A DNA stretch of 64,000 nt, taken from positions 33,480,001 through 33,544,000 of the forward strand of contig CM114271.1 in NCBI GenBank assembly GCA_050084515.1, written 5' to 3'. Both the position numbers and the translations under genes were made by a program. The notes under the pieces were generated by a model. The model was given only the letters and a program-made list of their open reading frames with translations. It was not told where the DNA came from and searched no databases. Of this stretch, positions 47,801-61,822 are shown piece by piece; position 1 is the stretch's first letter; every line of letters starts with the position of its first letter. This DNA is from Blasia pusilla (Eukaryota).

Positions 47801-50800
47801 GGCTTCCACGATGTTGTGACGATGGAACCATGCTCTTTCAGGTCGACCTGTAGTAGTAATCGGGGATCAGCATCACGCTTTTCTATATTTTCTATATGAG
47901 CACGCAGATGGAGTATGGTCATGGAAGAACTAGTACTCGTAATCTTATTTTCTCACATTGCTCATTCCATATCATTCCTGCCTACATATTGCAAGGGATG
48001 ATGCCTACTTTGGTCTTGTACTGGCGTTGTGGAGTAGTAAAGAGATCTCCAACAAGAATATGACTGCTTGACACACGAGCCTGTGACAGGTTGAAAAATC
48101 TGGTCAAATAAAACCAGACGACACGGAGTCAGTTCCCGAGGTAGAAAAAGTTGAAACGGTTCCCATGTATATGGGGAAGCCCGATCCTCTTGTCATGATC
48201 CGATCTGATCGCAGAACAATTATTGACAACACCCCGAAGCCTTCACCTGTTCATAAGTTCACGTTACGGAGGACATTTAGAGGCCATCCAATGTCTGTGA
48301 GCAAGTGAGTTTCGTTATATCGTTCAAACAATCAGTAGCTCACTTCCTAATAAGTCTGGTGACACTCTAAGCTGACCTTGATCGTCCTGCTCGCTGAACG
48401 AATCTAAAGAGCGTTCCCTTTTGTCTTGTTGTTGTCGGTAATCACAATGAAAGAAAACCGACTTTTTGTCACTTCGTGATGTAGCATTTGTACAGAGCGA
48501 AAAAACATTGATGCACCGCAGTAGCTACAACTCATTGAGAGACCAGAGTACAGACCTGGGCACTAGTGTGCAGGTTGCCTTTCCTTTCATCCTACAAAGA
48601 ACTCTACAGGAAAATCTTACTGAAGAAACTTCGACAGAGACCACTGTCAAAAACTGTGTTCTCTGCTTGCTCTTAGAGCGTTGATGATTGGGATTTACAA
48701 ACGTGCATGTTTCCCTAATGTATCCTGGTAGTGAAGACCTTTTTTGCGAGTAGATGTCAACTTCACAATGTAGTATGCAGACGTTGCGTGTTTCAGTAGA
48801 TTATTTACCTCATCAGCTCACTGGAACTACCAGGGTTGTTTCATAAATGGTACATGGGTCAAACTAAGGACAGTCCAAACGAGATTTTTTAGCAGATTTA
48901 AGCAAGTCATAACCTTATGGTTTTGGCTGGTACAGTGTTGTTGTTCACCCCAAGAAGCCGGTGGTAGTGACAGCGTCAGATGATGGTACATGGCGAATGT
49001 GGGGTTTACCAGCAGGCGATCTCATAATGACGGGAGATGGACATAAGGATTGGGTTGCAGGGCTTGGTTTCCATCCAAGGTGTACCCTTTCTCAAACGTG
49101 TTATTTGGTGATGAGACTTATCAATGAATGAGTGAGGAGATGTACAAAATTATCTAGTTGTATCATCACAAAACTAAACAGGAGAAAATGACTTCGCGAG
49201 CATCTATCTTCGTTGGTCAACCGTAGCCAAAGAAAAATATTCATGTTTGCAGTCACTTAGGTAGTTCAAACACTACTAGCCATGGAGTTGAAAAGATCAC
49301 GCATGGCACCCAGTTCACTCCTAATGATAGTAATAGCAAGAAGCACATGCTAAGGTGCTTAAATTCCTGTTTGAAGAATTCTAACGTGAGAGCCACTTTA
49401 TTTAATCTCTCTCTGATTCCTCCCTCAACTCTGGTTGCCAGTTTCTGTTTTAGCGCTCCTAAATTCCATAAAGAGACAGTCCTCGTGAGAGGATATTTCA
49501 GGATGTCACTTGCTCGGAGTAGGATGGTTATGTCTTTGGTGGATCGATAGGTCTGGCCACTACAATGTAAACACATATGTATTCCACTCCTTATATTAAG
49601 TCGGTCTCACATGACGCCCGACTTCTCTTGCTGTGGAAGAAGGAATTACCTACATTTTGTGGGAACTGAATCGTATGCATCTTAACGTCATGGTTTGTTC
49701 ATCCCTGAGCTCCAAATGCCTTCTTGGAGTCGATGTATATTTTAGATCTCTCTTTTGTCATCAACGATTTTGTTTCCAAATTTTCTACTAAGTTTGTACG
49801 ATTCTCTTAGCAGTCAGCTAAAGTGTAAATGACGAGAATGCGTATGGTGGCAGCGGGATGCAGTTGGCATCGTCATCTGGTGACTGTACAGTTAAAGTAT
49901 GGAGTTTCGAGAAAGCACGTTGCATTCACACTTTTTCTGATCACACTCAGGTCTGTCTCTACATTTGCTTCCAATGATGAGTTCTGTTTTTCCGGCCGAA
50001 AGTTTGGGTTTGGCATGTCTTTGGCCTTTCATCAGACAATTATGGAGAGCTTAAGGTCCAGATGCCTACAAACTAACGGGGTTTCTTGACCACATGTCTT
50101 GGCAACAATCTTCAGGGAAAGTAGAGAAAGAAAGAAACTAAACAGAAAGCCAAATGGTAATTTGGCGTCAGCAAGAAAAATCTTCATTCGGAGGACAAAT
50201 GAAAGCACAGAAGTTGTAGAGATTTTGAATGGATGTGGTGCAAATATAACAGTATATTCCTCTTGTTCGGATCAATTCAGGCAGTATGGGCGGTTGCATA
50301 TCACGACGGCGGAGAGGTTCTGGGAAGCTCTTCTCTAGATAATACAGCTCGTATCTGGGATCTTGCGAGGTATCTTTCGATTGAGGTTATTGCTCCTAGT
50401 TGTCATAGAGGAGATAAACCTTCAGGAGATCTTGTTGGAACTCGATACATTTCAGCCGAATGAGTTTTTCATAGTGGCTTTGAGATATGAAATGCGACAG
50501 ATTCACAACTGTGTCGAGAAAATTTCCAGGTTCTCTGTAAACCAAATTGACTCGGTTCTTAGTAAATGAAATACATTCAAACTTTCCCTGTCCAGAAGAT
50601 TATGAGAACTGGTGGTGACCTTGGAAGCTACTTCTACAGCAGAACAACCAAGTACTGTTGGGAAGAGTATTGGAGATTTTTTATGTAGAGCATTTTTTAT
50701 CTTGAGATTTCTTACCTAGAGCATAGAGTGGGGTTAAAGTTAGCTCCAGGAAGCATTGTGTAATGTTACAAGATCGTTTGGCTAAGAGTTTCTTCAGTAG

Positions 50801-52674
50801 CTTCCAGACGACCGATTGGTTATTCCACTTATTATTGTCAACGCGTGTCTTGAAACAGCATGAAGTGTCGAGGAACCTTGAGAGGCCATGTCGACTCGGT
50901 CAATTCAGTGGTTTGGCAGTCTTATAGCAGTATTCTCTGCACATCATCTAGTGATAAGACAGTGAGCTTATGGGACGCCAGGAACGCGTTGTGCGTTCAA
51001 ACATTCTATGGCCATGATGCTTCCTGCAACCACGCAACGTTTAATCCACGGGTACGTCTCTAATGATACGGAGTTTGACTCAACGAATGAGTGACTTTGC
51101 AAAAGTAGCTTGTGGGGACTAAATGTGAAGGCCTTTGGGATCGTAAATATAAGTTCCATTACAGTCAGGAAGAGTGGTCGTTCTTACTTTATTTAATTTG
51201 TCACGGAATTTCAGAAGAAGACCGATGGCCATGAAATTTGTGATAAAAAAGAAGAGAGGGATTGATTACTGACAGTGCAGACACTGTATCCGAAGGCGAA
51301 CGGACAACCAGAATCAAGCTCTCATCACAAGCCTCGTTTGGTTGCAGGGTAATATGATAGCCTCTGTGGATGCGGATGGAGTGCTGAAGCTTTGGGATGT
51401 GCGGCAGGTTATGGAACGGCACATGATCAATGTGGGACCTCACTCTGCAAATAAATGTTGTTTCGATGGGAGTGGATCATTGATTGCCATTGCGAGCAAC
51501 GACAGTCACATCAAGTGGTAGGTTGCAAACTTGCACTACGATGATTCAATAAGGTCTCTTTCTGATGATATGCCATCGAGATTATGATTTGACCACGCCA
51601 TATGGATGATGTTTCCAACATATCCATTTTTAACACAGTTGGTCAATCCATTCCTCGTTGGCGTCCCGTCTTGTTTTCTGGAGATTTTCCTGGATAAGAT
51701 ATGGGAAATTGAACCGACTAGTCCCTTGCTGCTAAGCTCGGACATATGATTAGACTCCTGACTCACTTCCCTGTTAAATGGCTCCCGTAGCTTGCACCTC
51801 TATCCAGGTTGTGGTGCTATGCTTACGGGTGAAATGAAGCTGTGAAATGTTCACATGCTCCCTTAGTGCTTCGTGCGTGGCACTGCTTTATTCAGGCGTT
51901 TTGTCTGTCTGTTGGAATTTGTGCAATTTGACCAATTATAGCATCTCTGCACTGTCTGCGGTAGCTAGTTGTGTAGTTGTGCCACCAGGTCGTGTTTCGA
52001 AAATGTACTGGGAGGAAAGGGTGTTGTACGAAGAAAAAACTTCAAACTACAGGCGCACCTTGTGGATGACCAAGGAAAGGGAGTCGGTAAAAAATTCTCT
52101 CTCTATTGACCTTGGTTCCGCGCAAGCGAAGGAAGCCATGGATTGCCCCCACTGACGCTCGAGCGGAATCACTCAGTGCCTCATGACCTCTCATACCACT
52201 CAACGGCATGACTCTCTCACGAGCAACCGTAAGCTATTCTGAAGGTGATGTACACCGGGAGTAGATCGTTCGATGTAACGGAAATCGTAGGTCCGGTATC
52301 TGCACAAAGCCCCAAAGCAGATCTACGCGGTCCTTACTAGTTGTCTTGTGACCCTAAGATTCTAGGATGCAATGAATGCGGTTCTCCCTTTTTCTGAGGA
52401 AAGAGTAGCGTAGTAGCATACGGGTCAAAGGTTTTTTTCACGGCAACCGCTGGGGTGAGGAGTCGTTATGTGCTCTCCAATCTACTGAGTTATCATTCAA
52501 GTCCGCTTATGCTAATGACTTGATTGTGATTGCAGTTTTCAAGTGGATGGAGAGGTAGTGCCCGTAAATGATCTTTGCGGTCACGAGGGATCTGTACAAG
52601 CATTGGGCTTTGATCCCCTGGGGAAGTTCCTGGTTTCAGGTGGTTCGGATGGTACTTTCAGAGTTTGGGCGTGA
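44805..52674 (+). CDS. SPAG16: Flagellar central-pair WD40 protein PF20 / sperm-associated antigen 16 homologue (568 aa)
   Basis: Twelve GT-AG exons splice to a 1707-nt open frame: 44805-44967, 45220-45344, 46664-46809, 47060-47165, 47671-47790, 48090-48304, 48936-49079, 49854-49950, 50281-50369, 50859-51051, 51348-51517, 52536-52674. Motifs [11 protein letters not shown]...[46 protein letters not shown], followed by seven WD40 repeats (e.g. [25 protein letters not shown]). Confidence 0.9.
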
Positions 52675-54811
52675 TGACTGGTAAGGACTTGAATACAGGA
52701 CCCAATTTGCCGTTTACCTGCAATTTGGGAATTAGATACGGTTTAAAAACTGGTCGGGGAACACCTGTTAACATGAAGGGATGTTAGTGGAGAGAACAGC
52801 GCTCATACCATGACTTCGCCTACTGGTAGCACTTCACCTTTGAAATGAAAAAACGTTCGAGTCAATGTTGCATCAGTCACGACACCAAGGAATGACCTGG
52901 CTAGCGCAGAGCTGTGTGTGATATAGATCCTTTTGACGCGGAAATGCCTCCGCGCTCACATCTAATATCTAGGAGGGCGGCCTCCAATAGCGCAAAGTCA
53001 GTGATATGTTTTCGGCTGTTGATTCTCAGATGAATACATCAGATCCTCTTCGGCATGAATCGGATCGATCAGTGGCGTACTACTGTGGCAGAATCATAAC
53101 TCATTAAACATCGGAACTGTTGCGGAATCAACACTTCTTTTTAGGGCACTAGAATCAACAAGTGGTGGCTGGATTGCCACGAGCGGATCTGGCACAACTC
53201 TGCAACCTAGAAAGAATTGGTAGGTTGACGGAAAGGTTTCGTTTATGTCAGCATGAAGCTTACTTGCGGTAGGTTAAATGAAGTAAAAGTCTTCAGTCAA
53301 CCTTTGCCTTATTTAAAACCCACCTTCGGTTAGTGTACATATATATTTGGAATGCGCATCAGATACTGTAAGATTATACATCTGTTTGGGCGAGAGGTTG
53401 AGGCGGCGTAGTGAGAGCCGACGCTTTTCGAGGCGTTGCGATTACAGTGCCGCTTGGAATGTAATATGATCCCAAGTATCGGATACGACCCACCAGGAGT
53501 ACGGTATGTGGAGATCCGCAACGCGGCACCTCAAGGAACTGGATTTCAAGAAATACTATTATATTGCTACTTCGGACAACATACAACGTGCCCCTGGGAT
53601 CTTATCAATGAGTGTGTAAAACATGCAACGAAATAGAAGGTCGTTATTTCTGTTTGCCTTGTGCCCCTCAAGCTCACCGTTTTGGAGAGGGTGAGTGGAA
53701 ACAGAGCTGTGTGGATTGTGTGCAAGGACGTACGAGAACAAGCAGGATCCGTTACGGTTTGCGAGTGTTAAAATCGCGTCTCTTTTTCTTCGCTGCATTC
53801 TTTCTTTCTTCCTTTTCTAAGGCGGGATCTTTTGGGGACGGGAGTCTGGCCATCGAACAAGCAGCAACCGGTACCAACGACGCATTGTGGGTAAGTTGGG
53901 GCTCGAGATCTGAGGCTTGTGAATCGCATGAAGGTGGTGGCGTCATGTTGGCCGGGTTGACTCCACGGTGCCTAGCATTCATGGCGGAGCGTCGTCGTGT
54001 TTCGATTCAAGCGGGCGATCACCGAGGCACTCTCCAGAGGTCAACGTCGCGAAGTTGAAAGCCGTGCGCGAACCTTGAAAAGCTTGAAGCCTGACCTACG
54101 GCTATCGATCCGGGCCGCACTCGAACTCCTTCGCCGTCAAACCACATTCTGATGGCCAATCATCCATTCGCCCCATCGTGAAAGCTCATAACGTCAATGT
54201 GTAGTCTGCAGCGCGGCTGCAAAGTTCAGGGTATTCTCAAAGCCGCAGCTTCAGAATACCGATCGGAAGGCTGGGCTTTTAGGCTTTTGGCATTCGAATG
54301 TAGCGCTCGGCGTGCACAATAAAAGTTTAGTCGCCACACTCACGGTCAAAACCTCACTTTTATAAAAACCTTTGCGCATGGCATAAAGGTTTAATCGTAC
54401 GTTCATTTCGGCTCAAAACGTACTTTTCGAGAGCATTCCACCATATTTCATTGCCAAATATCCTAATCAATAATCATATAGAGGCACACCTCATGAAGTG
54501 ATTTTCTTCTTACCACTCAACTCACCGCTGCACTCATACCCTTTACGACTCACGCGCACAGTCTTAACGATTGTGCCATTGTAGAAAGCTTCGAACCCGT
54601 AAATTTTTCTACAAATATTCCTATCAAGGTCGTTATGCACGATGTGCGATTGTAGAAAGCTTGGAAGCAAGAAATTTCTCCTTATATTCTTTACGAGGAA
54701 ACATGGAGGATGATGTGCAATTGTAAAACGTTTCAAACCGAGCGAAAAGAGAATCTTTTCTATTCTTGGAAGACTTGTATTATTTTAATATGTAACTAAG
54801 GGATCTCATTC

Positions 54812-54830
54812 ATATATATATATATATATA
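54812..54830. repeat. (AT)n microsatellite
   Basis: ATATATATATATATATATA seen directly. Confidence 0.8.
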
Positions 54831-57527
54831 CGAAAGAAAGTTGAGATGAGAAGAGCTTGGCAAGATATTGCCACGATGGAGGGTGGACAACCAAACCCAA
54901 ATAGTGAAAAAAATATTCAAATACTCCATTATTCTTATCTTCCAAAGGAACGCTGGTTGTTCTATTTAAGTTTCTTTACTTGGAAAATAAAGCATTTATT
55001 TTACTATCAGGTTTACTACGGAGAATTCTGATCAATTGTTCAAATTTATTTACTTATCATCCTAACACGTGTCCGAGGTTTCATTAATAGGTCACCAGAA
55101 TTTATTTAATTTCTATTAAAATAGAGGAGGGGAGAAAAAGATAAACTTCAACAAACAAAGGTTTCCAAATAAATAACCTCAAATGTTTTTATTTAAATTG
55201 GGGAGACACGGAGAAAAATCATTTTTCAATTAGGGAATTTCTCAATTAATGAGAGCAAAGACAAAAAGTGAAATTTCAACGTAATAGGAGGGAGGGAGAA
55301 AAATTAAATTTCATAAATACATGGATGGCTATAACAAAATAAATATCAAGGAAAAGAACATAAAAATATTTGAAAAGATGAAAGTAGATAGTTTCTTAAA
55401 TTTAATTTGAAATGGCATCCTAAGCAAGAAGTAATTTGGGCATCTGATGGAAAGGCTTTCCATATATATGATAGTTTTAGGATTGGTGAGCCAGCTTAAA
55501 ATAATTCTCTTTCTTTCAAGTTTTCTATTAGAATTAAAAGAGACTTGCACCTAATTGAGAGATTTTTGGCAACATAAAATCCCCATCCTTAAACTAATAC
55601 TACATATGTGGAATTTATTTTATATATATAGAGAAGAGACTCCACATTTATCGCTTTCATTTTTAATTTTGAATAAAAGTTAAAAGTTTTAATCAATTAT
55701 GGAAATCAAACAAAAACATTATCATGTATTTAAATGTGTGAAATAAGTTATCAAGGGAAGGAAATTCATATCAACATTCTTGAAAGTCATAATCAAGGTG
55801 AAAAGATGTAATTACACATTCCAACAAAAATTAGGCATCTCCATGCTTTAAGGGTCAACAAAGAGATAACGAGATCAATGCTCACTCTTCTTCGTATGTG
55901 CCATAATCATTCCCTTGAGTGGTATCAACACTTATCACCAATCTAATCCTAATCTACTAAACTAGATCAAGCGTTTTATTTATTACCCTAGAAAACAAAC
56001 CAAGGCCCTTAATACTCATCTAAAATGAAAATAAAGCGTACACGAATTAAAAAAAATTCTATACATACACGACGCCCATCTTCTCAACCTAAACATGCTA
56101 AGGTCCGCCTCCCCAAATTCATCACACATTGATATTCCTCTCTATAATAAATGATGTGAAAATTTTAATATGCATTTACATCATTACATGAGATATATCA
56201 TTGTCATCATCCACACATATCGTGGATGTGTGGATTTTTTATATTTTAAGTTAAATATAATTAATATATTAAAAATATCCCTCAAGCGTGGAAATTTGAA
56301 AAACACATTTAGTAGTGTACCAAAAAGTATGCACTCTTCCTCCAAATTATTGACAATGTCTCTCTAAATCCAAATATCCATTCGTAAATACGTAGAATTA
56401 TTTACACATGTTTCGTGCTAAGAGCATGAGTGCTATTTTGCTCCATTGTTGGTAACTTACTTGTAATGCTTCTAACTCCAACAAGTCAAGATACCTAGAT
56501 AAATATCCCATTTACATTGAGGAAACATCCATCATCCCCAAAAATCTAGTTATCTTGGAATAAATGTTAGCTTCTCATAGTTCATAAGTCGATTAAATGG
56601 TTGAAAATCAATCATGAGAGTGACAAGTTGTTAACAAATAACACTTCAAACAAAACATGGCCCACATTCCAACTAAGCATTTGTCATGCGCATACATATC
56701 GCTACACAACATACATCGATGGTCACATCCACACCACACAACACCAATCTTTTCCACACACGGGTGGATCCACATATGTACAAAAATCAACTCATACATA
56801 CACATGGAGATCACCCAACAAAAATAAAGAGTTGTAAAAATGGCACACCCGGCCTAAAACTCCACTCCTCAATCTACATCGACATCTCGAGCCTCATCCA
56901 CCCTGCGCTATCAAGGAATCCAGACGCTAGCACCTTGGTCCTATTTCACACACATACAAGAGAGGTGCTCCAACGGCCCAACATGAGAAAGATGGTTTGG
57001 GAAAGCCATCTTCCTCCCTTATATAGGGTTGCAAAGAGCCAAAAGGCTCTTCCCCTAAAAATAGCTATCCTCCTAGTAACCTACACGCACAGATTACCAC
57101 GAGCGGATGACCTGCTCAACAACTCACCCGGATGTGAAAGACATCAACATGAGAGTTGTTAGAAACGATGTTCCTCGCACAACAGACCTATCCTCAACCT
57201 CATTCGACACCGCGGTACAAAGTTACACTCAAGACAGTCTGCTGGCTTCTATGCCCTATCCACGATAGATCTCGGCCTATCGACTACTCAGATGTGACAA
57301 TCGTCATGCGCATACATATCCTTACACAACATACATCGTTGGTCACATCTACATCCACACCACATAACACCGATCTTCCCCACACACGGGTAGATCCATA
57401 CATGTACAGAAATCAACTCATACATATACATGGAGATCACCCAACCGTCCCCCTAGTCAGCAATTGGATCCCCCTAACTCCAGATAGAAAATGTCACATC
57501 TCCCTGACATGACCTACTACCCTACAT

Positions 57528-57665
57528 TTATCTCGGACACATCCATCGTCCCGTGGAAACTACATCAAGAGGGGGGGTCAGACATGACATATACCACCCT
57601 CGAGAACAACCATCACATACCAACATGGTGGTTGCACTCCTCGCAGATCCGCACAACATACACCT
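57528..57665 (-). pseudogene. PHD finger at the integrase C-terminus of element 4
   Basis: CMLCGSARSATTMLVCDGCSRGWYMSCLTPPLDVVSTGRWMCPR fits the C4HC3 PHD pattern (His replaced by Tyr, last Cys lost in this copy). Confidence 0.85.
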
Positions 57666-60600
57666 CAAGCCTGCAAGTACCACTACCAAGCTTGGATCCA
57701 CTATACCACCCACGTTCGGAAGATGACATGGTGCTCAATTGTGCACATGATCCTTCCAAACCATACCATCATGTCCCTCCAACATGAGGACTCCGTTCGA
57801 TAATACCTCGCGTGCACGTAGAATCGTGCGCCCTGCAGTGACATCTAGCGTCGTGGGTGCCACCTGATGTAAATACACGCAATCTCCAGGATGAAACCTC
57901 CTAATCCGTGGACGATAACCTCCTCCACGAACGTTCGTTTACCTCAATTTATCTGTATGCTGAGCAATAGCTAAGTTCTCAAAGGCCATAGGCATAACTC
58001 TACAAAAAATATCCGCCCTCTGAGAACATGCTTGTATCCATACATTTGGATCATCAAGATCTAACACCTCCGCCATGTCACATCAAGTAGTTGTAGGTAA
58101 ATCAGGCTCTCTCCCAAAGAGCAAAACGTATGGTGAAAACAACACCAAGCATGTCTGTCAACTAAAGCGATAACCCATAGCCAACCATGGCAATTGTAGG
58201 TCCCACTCCCTCAACTGTCCCTGCTGCAAGCCATGCTTGCGCAATCCTCTCTTCACTGTCTGTACTACTCTCTGCGCCAACCCATCTGCCTCAGGATGAT
58301 CTCTGGATGTGGTGAGGTGACCTATCACCGCCTGATCACAAAAGGCCTGAAACTCTCCTCTGAACTCGGTACCCTGGTCAGTCAACACCTCCGCCGGTGC
58401 ACCAAAATGACTAAGCACACGATCTAGAAATGCATAAGTTGTTCCCTTGCTTGCCTTTTTCGGTAGTGCCACCAACTCAATCCACTTGGAGAATGCTCCA
58501 TAATGACCAGCACGTACCTGTGATGAAGCCTCGTCAATGGAAAAGGTCTCGCGAAGTCTAAACTCCACCGATAACCTAAACCCATAATTGGAAAAGGATT
58601 TAATTTCCGAGTGGGAGCATTGAAGGATGCTTCCACATACATCTGACCACAAACATTTGTACCCCAGTATGCATGTTGCGCCACCAACACTGAACCTGGA
58701 GTACGCTTTACTCCAAAATGCCCCAATTCCTCATGGGCATGTGGCACTACTAGACGTGCTTGCTCGGAAGGATGAGGTACCACTCGTATCCTACCATCTC
58801 CCCATACCCCCAAAATGTGAGTCCCCTCCCATCTGAACCTCCTGGCTCTCTCTAAGATCAGATCCTGCTCTCTAGCACTCACTATGCTCACTATGACGCC
58901 AGTGCACAAGAACTCCACAAACTCCACATCGTCATGGATATCAGGACCACGTGTCGCCTTCTCACTGACCTCCGGATCCAAAGACTCATCATCCGACCCC
59001 ACCATTGGAGTCATCACCTACGGCTGACCTACCATAGTCAATCAACAAAGATAGGCAGATGCATGCCAACCGGGCACCACCTCCTCATCACTCTCTCCAT
59101 GCCACCGAGCTCCTATGTCGTCTCTCTAATTTGGACATAGGTTACGACTCAACCCATCCGCATCCTGGTTCAGCCGACCACGCTTGTGAACCACCTCAAA
59201 CTCATACTCTTGAAGTAATAGAGTCCACGTGGCAAGCTTTCCTGTAAACTTGTGGGACTCCATCAACCACCTCAACAGTTGATGATCAGTGATAAGTGTG
59301 AAAGGGTTGCCGAATAAGTAGCACCTCAAATGTGCCACGGCCCACACTGCAGCCAAGCACTCTCCTTCGTAGGATCTGTACTTTGCCTCCACAATGTTGT
59401 TTGATCGGCTCGCGTAAGCCACAACAAACTCCCTCTCCTCATCATCCCTTTGAGTAGGTACTGCTCCTAGATCCAACATGCCCCAATCCGTATGTAATTG
59501 GAATGGGCGACCCCTAACCGGTCTCTTTAAAATGAGTGAGGACGTCAACCTGTCCTTGAGCTCCTAAATGCTCGCCCCTGATCATCTCCCCACAACCAAA
59601 CCTGATCAAGTCCCGTCAATAAGGTCAAAGACTTCGCGATCGCACTCAAACCCTTGACATACCGTCGGTAGAAGTTTGCCAGTCCAAGAAACGCTTGGAC
59701 TCGACTCATGTCTGTAGGGCGTGGAATCTTAGCAATAGCCTCCACCTTTGTCAGTTGAACACCAAACCCACTCGGGTATATGGTATGTCCCAAGTACTCA
59801 ATCTGCTCTTAAAAGAATATGCACTTGCCTGGATGTAACTTCAGTCCATGTAATTGCAATCGCCGAAATACCTCTTCCAAGTGTCGCTCATGCTCCTCAA
59901 CCGTGGAACTGAAGATAAGAATATCATCTATGTAACATCGTACAAAATCCAAGCCAGCCAGAATCCTATCCATCTCTCTCTGAAACTCCGCAAGCGCGTT
60001 CTTCAAACCAAATGGTAAGAACCGCCACTAATACAAGAAATCTCTCCCGAACCAATCTATCCCCTAGAATGATGTCTTCTCCCTATCCTCCAACCTGATA
60101 GGATGCTAATGATAGCCAGCACGAAGATCTAAAGTACTAAAGATCTTTGCATGCCCTACCGCATCAAAGATCTCCTCAGGAGTAGGTATGGCGTATCGAT
60201 CTGACCTTGTCTGTTGGTTGATTGGACGGTAATCTCCACACATCCGCCTATCCGTCCAATTGCAATACATATCCTTCTTCACCCCCATGACTGTGGAAAA
60301 TGCATACTCCCCATGTGATAACTCCATAAATCCTGCCTCCAACAAGTCCTGCCTCCTGCTCTGAATCAAGGCTCGCTCCATATCAGAATACCTGTAGGGT
60401 CGATGAAAGATTGGCGTTTCACTAGCCGACTCAATCCGTATCCCAAGACCCTTCAGCGTATCCAAGTTTCTCATACTTAAGGCAAAACAACTAACGTGCC
60501 CTCTCAAACACCTATGAACTCGTCGTCGCTCTCCTCCTCTCAACTTGAGACCTATCACAGGCTCCCAAGTCTCCATCGTGATCTCACTCGGAGAGGATGC

Positions 60601-60889
60601 AACCTCCAACTTTGGTTGCTACGTAGCAACCGTAGCCACCTCCGCAACAACCACTCCACTTTGACCTCCTACACCATGCTTCACATCCAAAAAATGAACA
60701 TGTGTTGCTCTGGCTGCCTTTGCACTCTCTGCTCGAGCGACGTCCAAGAAAGTCCATGGGTGCCAATCTCTTCTTGTTTCGGCCCCAGCCAATGCATGTA
60801 CAGACCCTGTAGGCAATTGTCCAACTTATGGTCGTGATGGCATGGATGACACTTGCATTAGTTTTTTCTCAGCCATATCTAGGTTGACT

Positions 60890-61822
60890 ATCCATGTGAG
60901 ACAGTTGAGGTCCATCACCTGTCCCAACAACTGTCTTTGAGATGCCTTAGTCATACCTGGCACCACCGTAGTACCTGTAGAAAATCCCATGGCGCGCTCG
61001 CGCTCATTTGTTGTAGGCTCCTCCAATGCTTGGGTCACCTCATCCCAAATCATGTCTGGCCCTCCCTAATGAAAGGCATGGGATGCTAGGAAGCTCACCA
61101 GCGTAGGTAAGGTTTCCCTCAACTTCCCCACCCTATTGGCCATCGCCAACGATGGTCTATCATCCTGCGTCACCACTTAAGATCAACGCCTTGAGCCCAA
61201 AATAGCATCCACTATGAGATGTGGTGCTCTGTGGACTCCATCGTATGCTCGACTCAATACCTGTGATAGTATCAGGTTCGTCCACCACAGTCGTGGACGG
61301 TGGATGCGTGATCCAACTCTCACTGCATCTAAGAACACAACATGTCCCAACCAAGACCTCATCTGATGCACCCTCATCCTCACACGTGCACGAGTGTCTC
61401 CCAACAATAGCATGTTCTCCAAAATGTATGCCGAAGAACATGTTTGACTCTCTTGCAAATGTCGTACTACTCACAACATCTCCCAAAATATCCCTGACCT
61501 CAGATCGTGCAATCCAAACCCTCCGCCAACTAATGAATGACTGTGACATGGCCATCCAACAATCACCAAATGAATGGTGCCAACTCTATCCAGATCCTGC
61601 GCCCCCACCAAAGAGATGTCGGTGGGTAGTGTATGTTGATATCCCCATACTGTTGATAGCGGCAACAACTCATGATACCTTTGGACCAATCCTACCACGT
61701 GATGTAATGATACTCGCCGTGGGGTCTCTTCTCTCTCCACATAAAGTTACTTGATGCATCTGTATGCCCGCCTGCATTATCGCAGCCAATCCAGTGCTAA
61801 TCCCTCCAAAGAGATCTAACAC
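60890..61822 (-). pseudogene. Element 4 DNMT domain, motifs I-X present, decayed
   Basis: VLDLFGGISTGLAAIMQAG (in frame with the post-protease linker in ORF 61670-62110), TDISLVG, LVIVGWPCHS, YILENM, HRPRLWWTN, ERERAMGF, RQLLGQVMDLN. Confidence 0.9.

Noticed and set aside
53612-54058. B-box-like zinc-finger ORF on the plus strand
   Set aside because: No ATG start, an in-frame stop immediately upstream, and no clear splice acceptor or further domain support.
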